A DNA stretch of 55,723 nucleotides, counting the filler, from Sphacelaria rigidula (taxonomy: Eukaryota): the NCBI GenBank assembly GCA_964200075.2. It is 4 parts of 4 records of this genome, joined end to end, with 100 filler letters (N's around TTAATTAATTAA, not from the genome) between each part and the next. Parts side by side here need not be neighbours in the genome. Positions count along the whole stretch, not along the records: positions 1 to 13,858 come from CAXNAA020002628.1; 3 more parts are not named here. The stretch is one strand, 5' to 3'. The position numbers and the translations under genes were made by a program. The notes under the pieces were generated by a model. It searched no databases, was not told the DNA's origin, and worked only from the letters and a program-made list of their open reading frames with translations. Below are positions 1 through 12,325 of the stretch, piece after piece; position 1 is the first letter of the stretch, and each line of letters opens with the position of its first letter.

Positions 1-2
1 TT

Positions 3-251
3 CCGAGTTAGACCACGAATGTTTGCCCACATTTTCTCGAGAGCACTATCTAAAACTCGAAGACCGTTTTTTTTGGGGGGGGGGGCGAGGGTTGGTGTCG
101 AGATAGTCGGGATCTGATCCCCCCCCGGTCAAGTATGTCAACCGCGACCTTGGATAAAAAGCCACCAACATGAAAAATTGAAAAACCCGGTCTTCGAGTT
201 TTAGATAGTGCCCTCGAGAACATGTGTGCAAAATTTCCGGGTCTAACTCGG
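3..251. repeat. Inverted repeat (foldback), arms ~3-66 and ~188-251
   Basis: ccgagttagacc...ctcgagagcactatctaaaactcgaagaccg is mirrored by cggtcttcgagttttagatagtgccctcgag...ggtctaactcgg. Probably part of a non-autonomous DNA transposon cut by the window edge. Confidence 0.8.
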
Positions 252-1984
252 TAAAACGGCGTGACGAAATGCCAGAACGTGCGCTGAAGTATAAAAATGT
301 ATGTAATTACTTGATGAAAGCAAGAATCGCCCTTTTTGGGGTTTGTTTTATCAGTAAAAGGCCCAGCCGTTTCAGTTTTTCGAGTTGAGCAACGAAAATT
401 GGCACCCATGTTCCTTGGGATACCAACTATCCCTGAGATGTCAAAATTTTGGTGTTGGGGCATTCTCTACCGGTTTCCTGGGGTCTTTATGCTGGGACCC
501 CCGGGAGCCGGTAGAGAACGGAGAAACTTGGAAACCTTGCCGAGAATATAATTTTTCCATTTGGAGCATCAATACCTACGGAACTGCCAAGTTTGAGGAC
601 GATCTGAGCTTTTCTCCAACAGATAAAAGGGAAATCATCTCGAGGCTCCATGGGTCTTTCGTACGTATCATGAGTGGAATTTAGACGACGCCAAAGCTCC
701 ACATCACCGAAACATTACGATTTCGGGCAAAATTCGACCCCGTTGGAACCGTTTTCAAATCTGTTTCTGCCGTTAGATCCCCAAGCTTATGGCGGTTACT
801 ACGACTTGTACCATGTGGAGATTCGGTGGAAATTGGGCTTGGAATTCGTGTTTTCAATTTCAGAGCATTTTGAAAGGTGCTGATTGGTCGAAACATATTT
901 TTTTCCATAGCGCCACCGCTATCGCCTTGAATAAAAATCCGGCTATGTCACCCGTTTCGTCTGTTCATTGCGGTCAGTATGATACCACATTTGTGCATAT
1001 TGGCTGGGTATGGCGTTCGTCATTAGCCGGGGAACAAATTTTGGGTGTTCAATCTGAACCAGCCTGTAGCTTTTGCCCCTCAAGGTGATCGATGCTGTCA
1101 AAATTGCTGCTGATGCGCCTTGACATGGAGAAACCGTGCGTTAAGGTGATGCCCTCCCTATTCAGGTGCCATATACACCTCCACACCGCTGACACATCCC
1201 TGGGCTGCCCTTTTTTTACCAGGTGTTCAAGCTTACCCTCGAAACCTGCAGCAATGGGTCATTTTCCGATTTTGTTGCTGAGCGCGGGACGTGACCTGAA
1301 GAAGGTTATAACAACCCAGCGCATTCGATTCGAAGCACACAACGCCAAAAAGAGCGAACACACTCCAGCCTTGTGGTCGGTATGAAAATAATATCAAGAA
1401 TCAGGCGGTTTTGAATTCTTTTTTCTCCAAGGTCGATGTTGGGGTCATTTTTCCTCTGTGTGCGCTTGTCGAGCACGAGCGATGGACTTCGTCTCTCTGG
1501 TGTATGATCTCTTGGCTTTTCCCTCTAGCGCGTGCTGGTTCGTCTGTGTACGTGTACGTCCCGTGGCGTGTGCCACCTGCCGATTCTGTTGTGCGCGGGT
1601 GAATTAAAAAAATGGTGTCCGACTCTATTCTGCGCGGTTGGATTCAAGTTGGATTCAAAAATAGTGTTGGTTGGACCGGCGGGCCCACACTCATCTTGTG
1701 GGACTTGTGCAAGTCTCATGGCAGATTCTCTTACTCTGCCTGTGCCGAAGATATACGCCGGCCGCGCAAATGATGGGTCTGGGCAGCGCCTTGTTCGTTT
1801 TACGGAAGGCGAAACAGCCAACAGGTCTCCCGAGTCAGCATGGAAGTATAAATTGTCGAGCAAACAATAAGAAGCCGTGATGTTTTGTCACCTTCACTCT
1901 TCACGGAAAAGGAAAGCGCAAAGTTTGGGATGCACACGGTGCAACCTGTCGGTGAGATGTTTGATGTTTGAGCACGGTGGGTAG

Positions 1985-3005
1985 TGTATGGCAACTGTAC
2001 ACGATGGGTGCCGCGGTCTGTCGTGGTCGTGGTGTACAGCTGCCCCGCGTTTATCTTGATTTGATTACACACAAGTCAGTCGTGGTGTATATTCCAAGCT
2101 GAGAGAAGTAGCAAGCGAAGCTGTCGGTGGTGATCGGTACAAGCAGTCGATGGGCATCGCGTAGCGCACAGGGTTACACGCAACTCTCCACCCACTCACT
2201 GGACAGCCTTCAAGCAAGAAGTACAACCGATCCTGCGTTGTCGGTCGCTCTGTTCATTTTGCAAGTCCGATTCTTCATTTTTTGCTGCACACGATTTTAA
2301 ACTGCACACGATTTTAAACTGCACACGATGAGCGCCGCGGTCTGTCGTGGTCGTGGTGTTCAGTTGCTCCGCGTTCATCTTGATTTGATTACACGCAAGT
2401 CAGTCGTGGTGTATATTCTGCCTCAGCATGGGCCAAAAATTATGGACCAGAACTGTCGGTGGCCATCGGTGCACGCAGTCGGTGGCCATCGGTGCACGCA
2501 GTCGGTGGGCATTGCTTAACGCCCAGGGCTACACGCAATTCTGCACCCCTCACTGGACAACCGTCGAACAGGAAGTGACACTTTCTACGATAGCCCCCCC
2601 CCCGAAAGTGCATGGTTTTGGGAGGCAAAATCTTCACGTGAATCGAAATGGGAAAAGCCGAGCACAACGGGAAGCTGGGNNNNNNNNNNACGAGAAGCTG
2701 GGAATACCCACGCTTGGGTTCGTTCTAGCCAATGTTGCCAATATGAGGCGCTTCATGCAGCCTGAACGCAAACATCAGGCGCCGTATGGCCATTTTTTTC
2801 GTGACGCTTTTGAGCTGGTTTCGGGGGGAGGGGCTATCGTAGAAAGTGTCAAGTGCTGTTTTTTTGTTGAGCATGGTGTGTGATGTATTGCAACTGTACA
2901 CGATGATATTCACGGTCTATCGTGGTATACACTTGCTCCGCATCCATTTTATACTCCACGCAGTCCCGGTCAGTCGCGGAGGTGGTGTACAGTTGCTACA
3001 GGTGC
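1985..3005 (+). repeat. Degenerate tandem modules at ~1985, ~2320 and ~2885
   Basis: The motif actg.acacgatg...cggtct.tcgtggt recurs three times; tcttgatttgattacac.caagtcagtcgtggtgtatatt is shared by the first two copies. Confidence 0.7.
2577..2850. mobile_element. MITE with ~22-bp TIRs and a 4-bp TSD (AAGT); spans a 10-N gap
   Basis: TIRs gacactttctacgatagcccc / ggggctatcgtagaaagtgtc; aagt at 2573-2576 and 2851-2854. Superfamily not assigned (a 4-bp TSD is compatible with Sola). Confidence 0.8.
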
Positions 3006-4475
3006 AATTTCAGTGTTTGCGAAGAAAAATATGTACTCACTGCGGTACTGTACTGTATTGTATTGTACTGTACCGTGTCCAACGGTACGGTACTGTACTG
3101 TATGTACTACAGTGCAACGCTGTACAGCGCCGCTTTTCGCGAGCATCGCCTAAGATGCACGCACTGTTTATTTGTCCGCATTTATCTCAATTCAGTCATG
3201 CGTTTATGTCACGCCCGTCGAGCGAGATCCGACAGGAAGAGTCACCGCGTCAGACAGCGCGTATCGGAGCAACTGCTGCGAAATGCTTCAAAAATGACTC
3301 GATGAAAGTGCGAGAATAAGCTTCACCGTGATACTGCGCAAATATGGGGCGGAGACACGTTTACGCTAGTAATATATCTGACTAGTGGTAAGCCAGGACT
3401 GACGCCCGTGGCAGCAACGCCGCAAGTACCAATGCCACGGATCTCGCACGCGCGGTGGTTTTGAAGAAAATTGCGAAAACATAAAACGACCCTGACGTTA
3501 AACATAACTTTTAAGTATGGAGTATAGACAAATGAGGGCTTCCAGCCCCACGGCGAACATGACCGTTAGGGGTGGTAAGCTGGGGGGGGGATGTTAACGT
3601 CCGAAAAGTGTCCGGGCTGTTCGAAGACGTTTTACTAACCATCGCCCACTTTTCTTCGTTTCGTCGGATACACTTGACTTTAGACTACGTCCTTGATACG
3701 GAGAAATCGTGCGATATGGTGACGCCCTCCCTATTCAGACGCCATATACACTTCCACTCCACTGATACATTCCGTGGTTGAACATGTTTTTCAAGTGTTT
3801 TTCAAGCTCACTATCAAAACCTGCAGAAATACGCAATTTCCCGTTTTTTCTCGCTGAGCGCGGGACGTGCCCTGGAAAAGGTCATTACCCGGTGGGCGCA
3901 TTCGGGCTCGAAGCACAAAACGCAAAAAAGAGTGAACACGCTCAGGCCTTGTGGTGGGTGTGAAAGTAATATCGAGAGTCGTTCGACTTGTTTATCTTTC
4001 CCTCCAAGGAGGATATTTGGGTCAACATTCCTCTTGTGTGCTCTTGTCGAGTATGAGCGATGAACTTCGTCTTTCCGCTGCATGATCTCTTGGCTTTTGC
4101 CGCTAGCGGTTGTTCGTCTGTGTATGTGTGCGTGTGAGCTGTTCTGTTGGGGGTGTGCGTGCCGTGGCGTGCACTATCTGCCGGCTCTGTTGTGTGCGGG
4201 TAAATTAAAAAATGGTGTTGGTTGGACCGGCTGGTCTGCACAAATGTCCTGCGGAACTTACTGGTTCTACTCTCCCGGCAGGTTCTGTTGCTATTTGTCA
4301 ATCGTTGCAAAGTGTTTGCTTGGCTAATTCTGCGTTGTAAGACCTCATTTAGACAAAAGCACGTTATGCGCAAGCAAGGGGCACAGCCCCCATTAAAGTT
4401 CCGGATATCAGTGTCCACCATAGACCCAAGTCGTGACAACTTTACCCCACCAAGTGGTGAACTCTACCCTAACGT

Positions 4476-5923
4476 CCGCGAAGCAGGAAAATTTTATGTG
4501 CACCCGGATGCACCACCGATATCTGTGCACTCTAAGATAATGGCAAAATCACTTGGGCTGATCCGTGCTGCATGACCACCCCGACCGTGATGACTTGGAT
4601 GACATTTCCACTCGGAGTCAGCACAACCAACGCCGAGTACAGTAGTACAATAACATGATGTACTCTCTCATCTCTCACTACTCGTTGCCTGGTCGATTTC
4701 CTTTCGTCTGCGTGTCTTCCAGCTGCCAGCTCGTAAATAAAAATGTGATCTGTGTTGATTGTTTCAAATCTCAGAAGTTCCCCTTATATGCTCGCTTACT
4801 TATTCCCTTCCATGTTTAGTGCACGCAGATAAGTTGGAAGGCAAAATAGCTGCTGCTTCGTGTTTTTACCCAGCGGCACAGAGAACCTCAGGTACAGAGC
4901 GTGAGGTGCACTTGAGCAGCAAACATCATGGTGACTGTATTATGCTCTTCTATTTGTTAGTCGTGTTAAGTCTATCGGTACTGCCATGATCGCCGTGACG
5001 CCTTTTCAGCAAAATAAGCGATGTCGTACAGACATGACGGTACACACGTGACAATATAGGTAGACGGGAGCCAACTAAAACATACAGGACAGTACGATGC
5101 TGTACAGTACAGGGCAGTGCAGTGTCTTCTTCTCTTCCCCCCTCCCCCTCTGCGTTCCTTCCTCTTGTCTATGGGTATCAGTAAAAAATCAGATTCCACC
5201 AAACCTCCGGAGAGCGTGACCCCTTTCTGCCGTAAGCTCTAAATTTTACCCCGTTGACCGCCAGGGTAGATCATCTGGGTCTTATACTCATTTTTCCACC
5301 AAACCTCCGGAGAGCGTGACCCCTTTCTGCCGTAAGCTCTAAATTTTACCCCTTTGACCGCCAGGGTGGATCATCTGGGTCTTATATCCATTTTCTGATG
5401 AAAATGATACCGAAACAACCGAGAACTCGCCCCGGGGGTGACACGTGCTCCATGCTCTTCAAAACAGAGGATGGGTGCTGTAGAGATGGCGCGGTGAACA
5501 TGGCGGTATCGATAGACACAATACAACCAACCAACATGAGAGCATAATACAGTCGGCATGATGTTGTCTATTCCGGTACACGCCACGCTCACTACCGTGC
5601 GTTCGCTGTGCTGGCTACGCAAAGCGGTGGCTTTTTTCCCTCCGTGATGTGTCGGCGTGCACTATACATGGATGAGAAGTAAGCGAGCATATAGTTTTTA
5701 GCTTTGGAACGACCAACGCAGAGCAATTTTATATTTTCGAGCTGGCAATGGGAAGTCACGAAGACAAAAGGGAGTTGGCCACGCGATGAGAAGTGACTCA
5801 AGTCACCACGGTCGAGGTGGTCATGCGGCTTTGACCAGCCGCAAGTGTTTTCGCCATTATCTTAGGGTGCGCATGAATGTCGATGGTGCTCCGGGGTGCA
5901 TATATAACTTTTCCGCTGCGCGG
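4476..5923. mobile_element. Non-autonomous element with ~130-bp diverged TIRs (foldback/MULE-like)
   Basis: 4476-4610 (ggaaaattttatgtgcacccggatgcacc...ctaagataatggc...catgaccaccccgaccgtgatgactt) is the reverse complement of ~5790-5923. No TSD could be resolved. Confidence 0.65.
5194..5386 (+). repeat. Near-perfect tandem duplication, period 100 bp
   Basis: ttccaccaaacctccggagagcgtgacccctttctgccgtaagctc...tcatctgggtcttata at 5194 and 5294; two substitutions seen. Confidence 0.95.
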
Positions 5924-6814
5924 TGACTAAATATCAGTTGTAGTACAGCAAAAAATGCAGTAGATATGACCACTTGGTTAAACGATTTAACTCGAATCAT
6001 GTGTAAACATTGAAATTCGGATTTTTGGTGGGGCTCACAGCCCCAAGCGCTCCTAGCGTACGCAGTGCCACACTTAGTCTATGGAACACTCTGCATCCCC
6101 AACGAAGGCATACCGAGACCCCTCGAGCGAGGTGGGTGTTGTCCAAGCGCAAGGCCTGCGCCGAGGCGGCAGCTCGGGTGATGGTACCGCTTCATCTTGC
6201 GAGAATGGATGTGATGGGGAAGGGCATTACTCGGCAGGAGCAGATCAGATTATCCTGAAAATATACGAAGAAATGAACTTTTGGCCCAGGAAGTAAAGCT
6301 GGCCTCTGGCAATGCCAAGCAAATAACCTCGGAAATGGCGGAGGAAAAGGCTAAAGAAGAGCCGAGACTCCCGCTATACACGGTGCATGGTACTGCTGGT
6401 TAACGATGGGACCAGACGTCCTCACCCTCGACGCCCACACCGTCGGTACAATTGACAGCGTCTAAGCCCTCCCCGTCCCCGCGAGATGAAGGCTACGGCA
6501 TCGAGATTCCTGATTCATCTTAGAAAAAAACTGCATGAAGCAAGACCTGGCATCCATAAAGAGAAACAAAACCGAACCCAGTGTTGAGCAATCCTCACCC
6601 TTGACAGTAAAGAAATCGCTGATTTTGGGACAGTGCGGTGCAAGCTACGAGGGTTCGGTGGGCATTGTGTGCGTTGCGAACAATCGGTGAGCAGTTTCAA
6701 ACTGGATTGACGGCCTGTGCTGTCAACGTTTACAAACCAAAAAATATCGGTATTCTCCTGTGCTTTATGTACGGCATACAGGCTGGGCTGCCGAAGACGC
6801 GGACAGGAATGTGA

Positions 6815-7430
6815 ACACCCGATTATGTAGCTCAATTTTGGGTCGATTTCTATAAAATTTTGACACGATGTACAGGGCGTATGTGCGAAGACTCCGTCAT
6901 CTGCCCCCTTTGTATATTTTTTTTGTGAGTTATTCACGATTCAGGTCCGAAAAAAACTGTTCTAAAATGTTTAGTCGCTAATAACTCACGGAGAAGGAAC
7001 AAAATGTAGGTGGCAGATGATGGAGTCTTCGCACATCCGTCCTGTACATCATATCAAAATTTCATAAAAAACGACCCAAAATTGAGCTGCATAATCGCGT
7101 GTTTGTGTCAAAGACCGGTTCCTACGTGGATATGGACCAGCCACAAAAAAGCGAAACGCGCTTGTGCTGTTTAATTTGAAGTTTTTTCACACGAAATTTT
7201 GACACGATTTGCATCAAGTATGTTGTAATAACCCTACCGCCCCCCTTTTTTCTCTTATTTGAGTTGTCGACGATTTTGTACCGAAAAAAATGTCCCGAAT
7301 TTTTTATCACCAACAATTCATGAGGGGAAGAAAAAAATGACGGAGAAATGATGGGGCCTTCGCACATACCTCATGTACATCGTGTCACAATTTCATAGAA
7401 AACGACTAAAAATTGACCAGCGCAACGGCG
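6815..7430. repeat. Inverted and direct repeat cluster (~6815-6905 inverted to ~7011-7100; third copy ~7340-7430)
   Basis: agctcaattttgggtcg...atgtacagg...tgtgcgaagactcc.tcatctgcc is mirrored by ggcagatgatggagtcttcgcacat...cgacccaaaattgagct. Confidence 0.75.
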
Positions 7431-7899
7431 CTTTTCTGTTGAGAACCGGTTGACTTGCTTTGAGAGTACGACAAGCTCAGCCGGAACTATGACGTTCTCT
7501 ATACGCTTTCTTCACCTGCTGCTCACCGGTTCGCACACTACTACCAGACGCCTTTGTACACTGGAGGCCTCGTCTGCGTGCCATCTCATACACAGGACAT
7601 GCATTGTTGTACAACCACAACTTGTGCAGAACCATCACTTTGCGGCCGCGGCACAGCCGACTGTAACCGAAATGCGATTTCAGCCGTTTTCCGCCGCACA
7701 TGTCACTCTCAACTCTCTACACTTCGCAGCTGACTACAATTTGGTATTTCGTATGATGGGAACTTGTCAGATCACGGTGCTACGTGACGTGAAAGACGCG
7801 CGTTGATTTGCAGATCAAAACGATGTGTCATAGTAGGTACAACTCGCGATGCATCGCCTGTTAGAGCCGGCTGAAGGAAAGTCTGCTTTCTGGGCGGCC

Positions 7900-8740
7900 C
7901 AGCCTGTAGCTGTAGAGTAATGCAATGCAGGCTGTGGCGAGTATAGCGTCAAAATGTTGGGGGGATAGGCATTTTGAAGTTTGAATATCTGGAGAGCTGT
8001 GAAATGAACGGTCCAGTATACCTCTGCAATGAAAGGTTGCAACTACTCGTTGTTTCCGTGTGGGTGGAAGGTGGACTCCGCTGTTACTATTTGTTCGACA
8101 TAGCTGTACAGTGCAGGGTGTCCCGGTCATGGGAACTGGTCGGTGCTTGTCAGCGCTTGCAAACTGAAAACTAGAGCGTTACTGTGTGCTGTACAATAAA
8201 TGTACGACATAGCTACGAAAAAACTACATTGCAGGTTTGAATTCAGAATATTTGAAGAGCTGTGAAATGCACGGCGCAGCTTTCTTCAGGATCTGCGTCC
8301 GCCGTCACAAATCCCCGTTTCCCCGTGACAACTCCCCGTCAAAATTCGCCGTTATTTCTGTGTGGAAATTTCTGTGTAGTTGGAAGCTGTACACAAGAGT
8401 GTATATCGTGAAAATGAGAAACCGAAAATAAACATATCACATGGCTGTTCAGTATTACAGTATGGGATTGAATTTTGAATCTCTGAACAGCTTCGAAATG
8501 AATGGCACAGGTTGCGTCGGGAATTTCCCGTCATGATTCCCCGTTTCCCCGTGACAATTCCCCGTTACATCTCCCCGTGACAATTCCCCATCGCAATTCC
8601 ATGTCATATCTGAGTGGTTGGAAGCTGGACACAAGAGTGCATGTAGTAAAGAATGAGAAACCAAAATAACGGTATGGCATAGCTGTACAGTACTACAGTA
8701 CAGGTTTGACTTTTGAATCTGTGAAGAGCCATGCACCTCA
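7900..8740 (+). repeat. Degenerate tandem modules with (tccccgtgacaa)-type subrepeats
   Basis: The motif tttgaat.t.tg.a.agc.gtgaaatg occurs at ~7980, 8245, 8473 and 8712; ccccgt(t/g) subrepeats occur at 8310-8345 and 8525-8595. Confidence 0.65.
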
Positions 8741-9091
8741 TATGGACGACATTGGCGAGACTCATCCCGAGCATGGGAGTTCCCACGTGCTCGTCGTGCT
8801 CGGTGTGCTCAGCTTTGTTAATTTTGAATCGAATGTAGATTTTGACTCCTCAAATGAGCCAAATTTGTGGGGGAGGGCTATGGCGGCATCACCCACACAT
8901 GGAAATGTGTTGGGGCCTTAATATGAAGACACGTGAAAATATTGGAATATTAGTCAGGGCGTGTTGTAAAATTTGTTCCGAAAATGATTTTTTTTTACTT
9001 GGATTGAGAATAGATTTTTCTGCACACGCTTGTACTGATTCAAGTATGGGGCGGAGAGACATTTATGTTATCAATACATTTGATGGAAATT

Positions 9092-9153
9092 ATGATGATG
9101 ATAGTGATGATGGTGATGATGATGATCATGGTGATGGTGATGATGATGGTGAT
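9092..9153 (+). repeat. (GAT/GGT)n microsatellite
   Basis: Read directly from the sequence. Confidence 0.9.
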
Positions 9154-10234
9154 ATACATATTGAATCGAAGACGCCGCTTCAAAAACTGCTGCGAAGGCA
9201 GGTACCACCATCATCTGCATGACATTTGACGTAAATACTCATCATATTGATATGTACTGGATCCCGCCCTCCGCTCGTTGGAATATCCAATGTCACGTTG
9301 TTCTACACTGGCCATGGCGGTGGGCGGAAATACCACCCTCTCCTTGTCGTCGAATGCTGCAGTGACTCAGAGGTACCCACACGGTGTCGATTTTCATATC
9401 GCTGATCTCAGGTGTGCACATGCGAATACCATCGCAAGAGGGTTTCCACGTGTGCCCAACGCTCTGTGATGGGCAATATAGAGCTGTCAGTGTTAATTGC
9501 TGAGAGATGGGGTGTACTTGCGGCACAATTTCAGCTGGCGACGAGTCCAAAGCTGCAACGAGTGGCGTCGCTGAAGACGGGATGGACGCGGTAGCAGGTG
9601 CGAAGGGTCGCGACGAGTAGTGTAATATGTGCATGTAATAAAAAACATTACGCATGCAGATGAAACTATTGCACAAGGCTTGCAGTTCAGCGCGTTGGCG
9701 CATCCTCGGGCACAAACAATCCCGCATAGTCTCGCTCATCTTGCGGCTTGTGGTCGAATGGCGTACCAACACGCATGCAGCAGTGGTCAAGTGCACGTGT
9801 TCGATAGGCCGCAGCTATACAACACCGTGAACCGAGCGCTCAGTCTACTTCACCGTCTATGAACAACCCTGCAGTGAGTTGAAGTGGTACAAGTGTCCCA
9901 TGTCACCGCACGCAAGTCGGAAATAATCCGACGGTAAAACGCAATCACTCCCTTATTGTTAGGAACGTGGAAGCGCGAATGGGCTAAGGAATGCCCGGAA
10001 TGGTTTTGGCCTTGCAAGTCGTGTCTTAGCATGATGATGTAGTTTGATTCCCTCGTCGTGGGTGCAGAATGTGTACCGGCCTTGGTTGCATCATCAACTC
10101 GCGATGAGTTTCATGTTTTCGCTGCTTGATGACCTACACGAGCTAAACCGACAAAGTGCTCGTTCCATGCTCTTGTCTCAGGCTGCAACCTGTTTCTGGA
10201 GGCTTTCACGACTGCTCTCACCCATACTTCCTTC

Positions 10235-12325
10235 ATGGGCAAGCTGCATATGCCAACGAAGCAGTTACAGCTGACTTCACTGCAGCTCTGTATCGCTTGT
10301 CGGAGCCTATGCACCCTGCGCGTGACATGTGATGGTTCTACACCGCGCAGGCTATGGGCGGATACCGCCGAGCAATCTCCACCTCTTAGTCCTAGAAATA
10401 GGAGCAGCACTGGTGGAACTCGAGTGCCGTTGGTACAAGCACGTAGCGTTGTGTGGATGTCGACTGCTCACGCAGCGCTCATGTCTTGCAAGACCAACGT
10501 CTTGGCCAACGTGAGAAGCCTATACTTCGACCACTTGTTCAATCGCCCTTTAGATGATGTAGTCTGGCCCCCACAAGTCAGGAAGATTGTGTTTTGGAAC
10601 ACTTGCTCAGTGGCAGAGTTCAATCAACCCATTTCGAACGTGGTCTGGCCTGTGTCTTTGCAGCAGCTGACGTTTGCAGGTAACTTCAACCAGCCGATCG
10701 AGGGTGTGTCATGGCCTGCGGCGCTGCAGACGCTGACATTTGGAGAAAACTTCGATCAGCCGATCGAGGTTATAAAATGGCGTGTGCTGCCGCAGCCGAT
10801 GTTCGAATATTCCTTCAACCAGCCGACCGAGGGTGTGACATGGCCCACATCACTGCAGAAGCTGGCGTTCAGAGGGGACTTCAATCGGCCGATCGAGGGT
10901 GTGACATGGCGTGCGTCGCTGCAGCGGCTCAGGTTGGGAGGTGAACTTAACCAGCCGATTAAGGGTGTGACATGGCCTACGTCGCTGCAGCAGCTGACTT
11001 TCGGAGGTGAACTAAACCAGCCGTTCGAAGATGTAGAGGTGCCTAAATGGCTACTGCAGCTGACGTTCGCGGGTAAGTTTAACCAGCCGATCGAGGGTGT
11101 ATCATGGCCTGCGGCGCTGCAGCAGCTGATTTTCGGAGAAAATGTCGACCAGCCCATCAAGGTCATAGAACGGCGTGTGCTGCCGCCGGTGATGTTCGAA
11201 CATTCCTTCAACCAGCCGATCGAGCGTGTCAAATGGCCTGCGTCTATGCAGAAGCTGGCGTTCGGAGGAGATTTCAATCAGCCGATCGAGAGTGTGGCAT
11301 GGCCTACGTCGCTGCAGCGGCTGATGTTGGAGGGTAAATTTAACCAGCCAATCAAGGGTGTAGCATGGCCTACGTCGTTGCAGCAGCTGACATTTGGAGG
11401 AGACTTCAATAAGCCGATCGAAGATGTGAGATGGCCCACAAGGCTGCTGCAACTGACGTTCAGAGGATACTTCAACCAGCCAGTCGAGGGTGTGACATGG
11501 CCTTCGTCGCTGCAGCGACTTACATTGGAAGGTACATTTGACCAGCCGATTGCGAGTGTGGCATGGCCTGCGTCATTGCAGCAGCTGACGTTTGGACGTT
11601 TCTTCAATAGGCCGATCAAGGGTATAGTATGGCCTGCGTCTCTGCAACACCTGGCGTTCAGAGGATACTTCAACCAGTCGGTCGAGAGTGTGGCGTGGCC
11701 TGCCTCGCTGCAGCAGCTGACGTTCAGAGGATACTTCAACCAGTCGGTCGAGAGTGTGGTGTGGCCTGCCTCGCTGCAGCAGCTGGCGTTTGCAGGCAAC
11801 TTCAACCAGCCGATCAAGGGTGTGGCATGGCCGGCGTCGTTGCAGCAGCTGACCTTCGGAGAATCCTTCAACCAGCCGATCAAGGGTGTATCATGGCCTG
11901 CCTCGCTGCAACAGCTGACGATGGGAAAATGGTTTGACCAGCCGATCGAGGGCGTATCGTGGCCTCCCTCGCTACAGCAGCTGACGCTAGGAGGTTGGTT
12001 TAACCAGCCGATCGAGGGCGTATCATGGCCTGTGTCGCTTCAGCAGCTGACGTTTGGGATACATTTTAACCAGCCGATCGAAGGCGTGTCATGGCCTGCC
12101 TCGTTACAACAGCTGACGCTGGGAGGTTGGTTTAACCAGCCGATCGAGGGCATATCATGGCCTGCGTCGCTTCAGCAGCTGACGATCGGGATACACTTTA
12201 AGCAGACAATCGAGGGTGTGGCATGGCCTGTGTCGCTACAGCAGCTGACGATCAGAGTTACGTTTGACGAGCCTATCGTGCTGCACAACCTGATTCGCCG
12301 AGCCGCTGGCGATGAGGCTGCTTGA
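10235..12325 (+). CDS. FNIP-repeat (22-aa LRR-like) protein, about 26 repeats, coding region apparently intronless
   Basis: 696-aa ORF with tandem FNQPIEGVxWPxSLQQLTFGxx units (66 nt), the FNIP repeat known from Dictyostelium, giant viruses and brown algae. The frame stays open upstream to ~10133, so the true start may lie on an upstream exon (candidate acceptor tctcag ending 10181). Confidence 0.9.
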   Translation: MGKLHMPTKQLQLTSLQLCIACRSLCTLRVTCDGSTPRRLWADTAEQSPPLSPRNRSSTGGTRVPLVQARSVVWMSTAHAALMSCKTNVLANVRSLYFDHLFNRPLDDVVWPPQVRKIVFWNTCSVAEFNQPISNVVWPVSLQQLTFAGNFNQPIEGVSWPAALQTLTFGENFDQPIEVIKWRVLPQPMFEYSFNQPTEGVTWPTSLQKLAFRGDFNRPIEGVTWRASLQRLRLGGELNQPIKGVTWPTSLQQLTFGGELNQPFEDVEVPKWLLQLTFAGKFNQPIEGVSWPAALQQLIFGENVDQPIKVIERRVLPPVMFEHSFNQPIERVKWPASMQKLAFGGDFNQPIESVAWPTSLQRLMLEGKFNQPIKGVAWPTSLQQLTFGGDFNKPIEDVRWPTRLLQLTFRGYFNQPVEGVTWPSSLQRLTLEGTFDQPIASVAWPASLQQLTFGRFFNRPIKGIVWPASLQHLAFRGYFNQSVESVAWPASLQQLTFRGYFNQSVESVVWPASLQQLAFAGNFNQPIKGVAWPASLQQLTFGESFNQPIKGVSWPASLQQLTMGKWFDQPIEGVSWPPSLQQLTLGGWFNQPIEGVSWPVSLQQLTFGIHFNQPIEGVSWPASLQQLTLGGWFNQPIEGISWPASLQQLTIGIHFKQTIEGVAWPVSLQQLTIRVTFDEPIVLHNLIRRAAGDEAA

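Larger units (their letters stand above)
1100..4320 (+). repeat. Diverged direct duplication, ~1100-1760 versus ~3685-4320 (dispersed repeat family)
   Basis: Colinear shared blocks such as gccctccctattcag, gctgagcgcgggacgtg, cgaagcaca..acgc.aaaaagag.gaacac, atgatctcttggctttt and aattaaaaaatggtgt. No conserved intact ORF. Boundaries approximate. Confidence 0.8.

Noticed and set aside
6081..6570. Possible transposase N-terminal remnant (GHYSAGADQIILKIYEEMN)
   Set aside because: No DDE motif or linked TIRs could be identified; too weak to call.
10756..11883. Long repetitive antisense and alternative-frame ORFs over the FNIP gene
   Set aside because: They are shadows of the 66-nt coding repeat.
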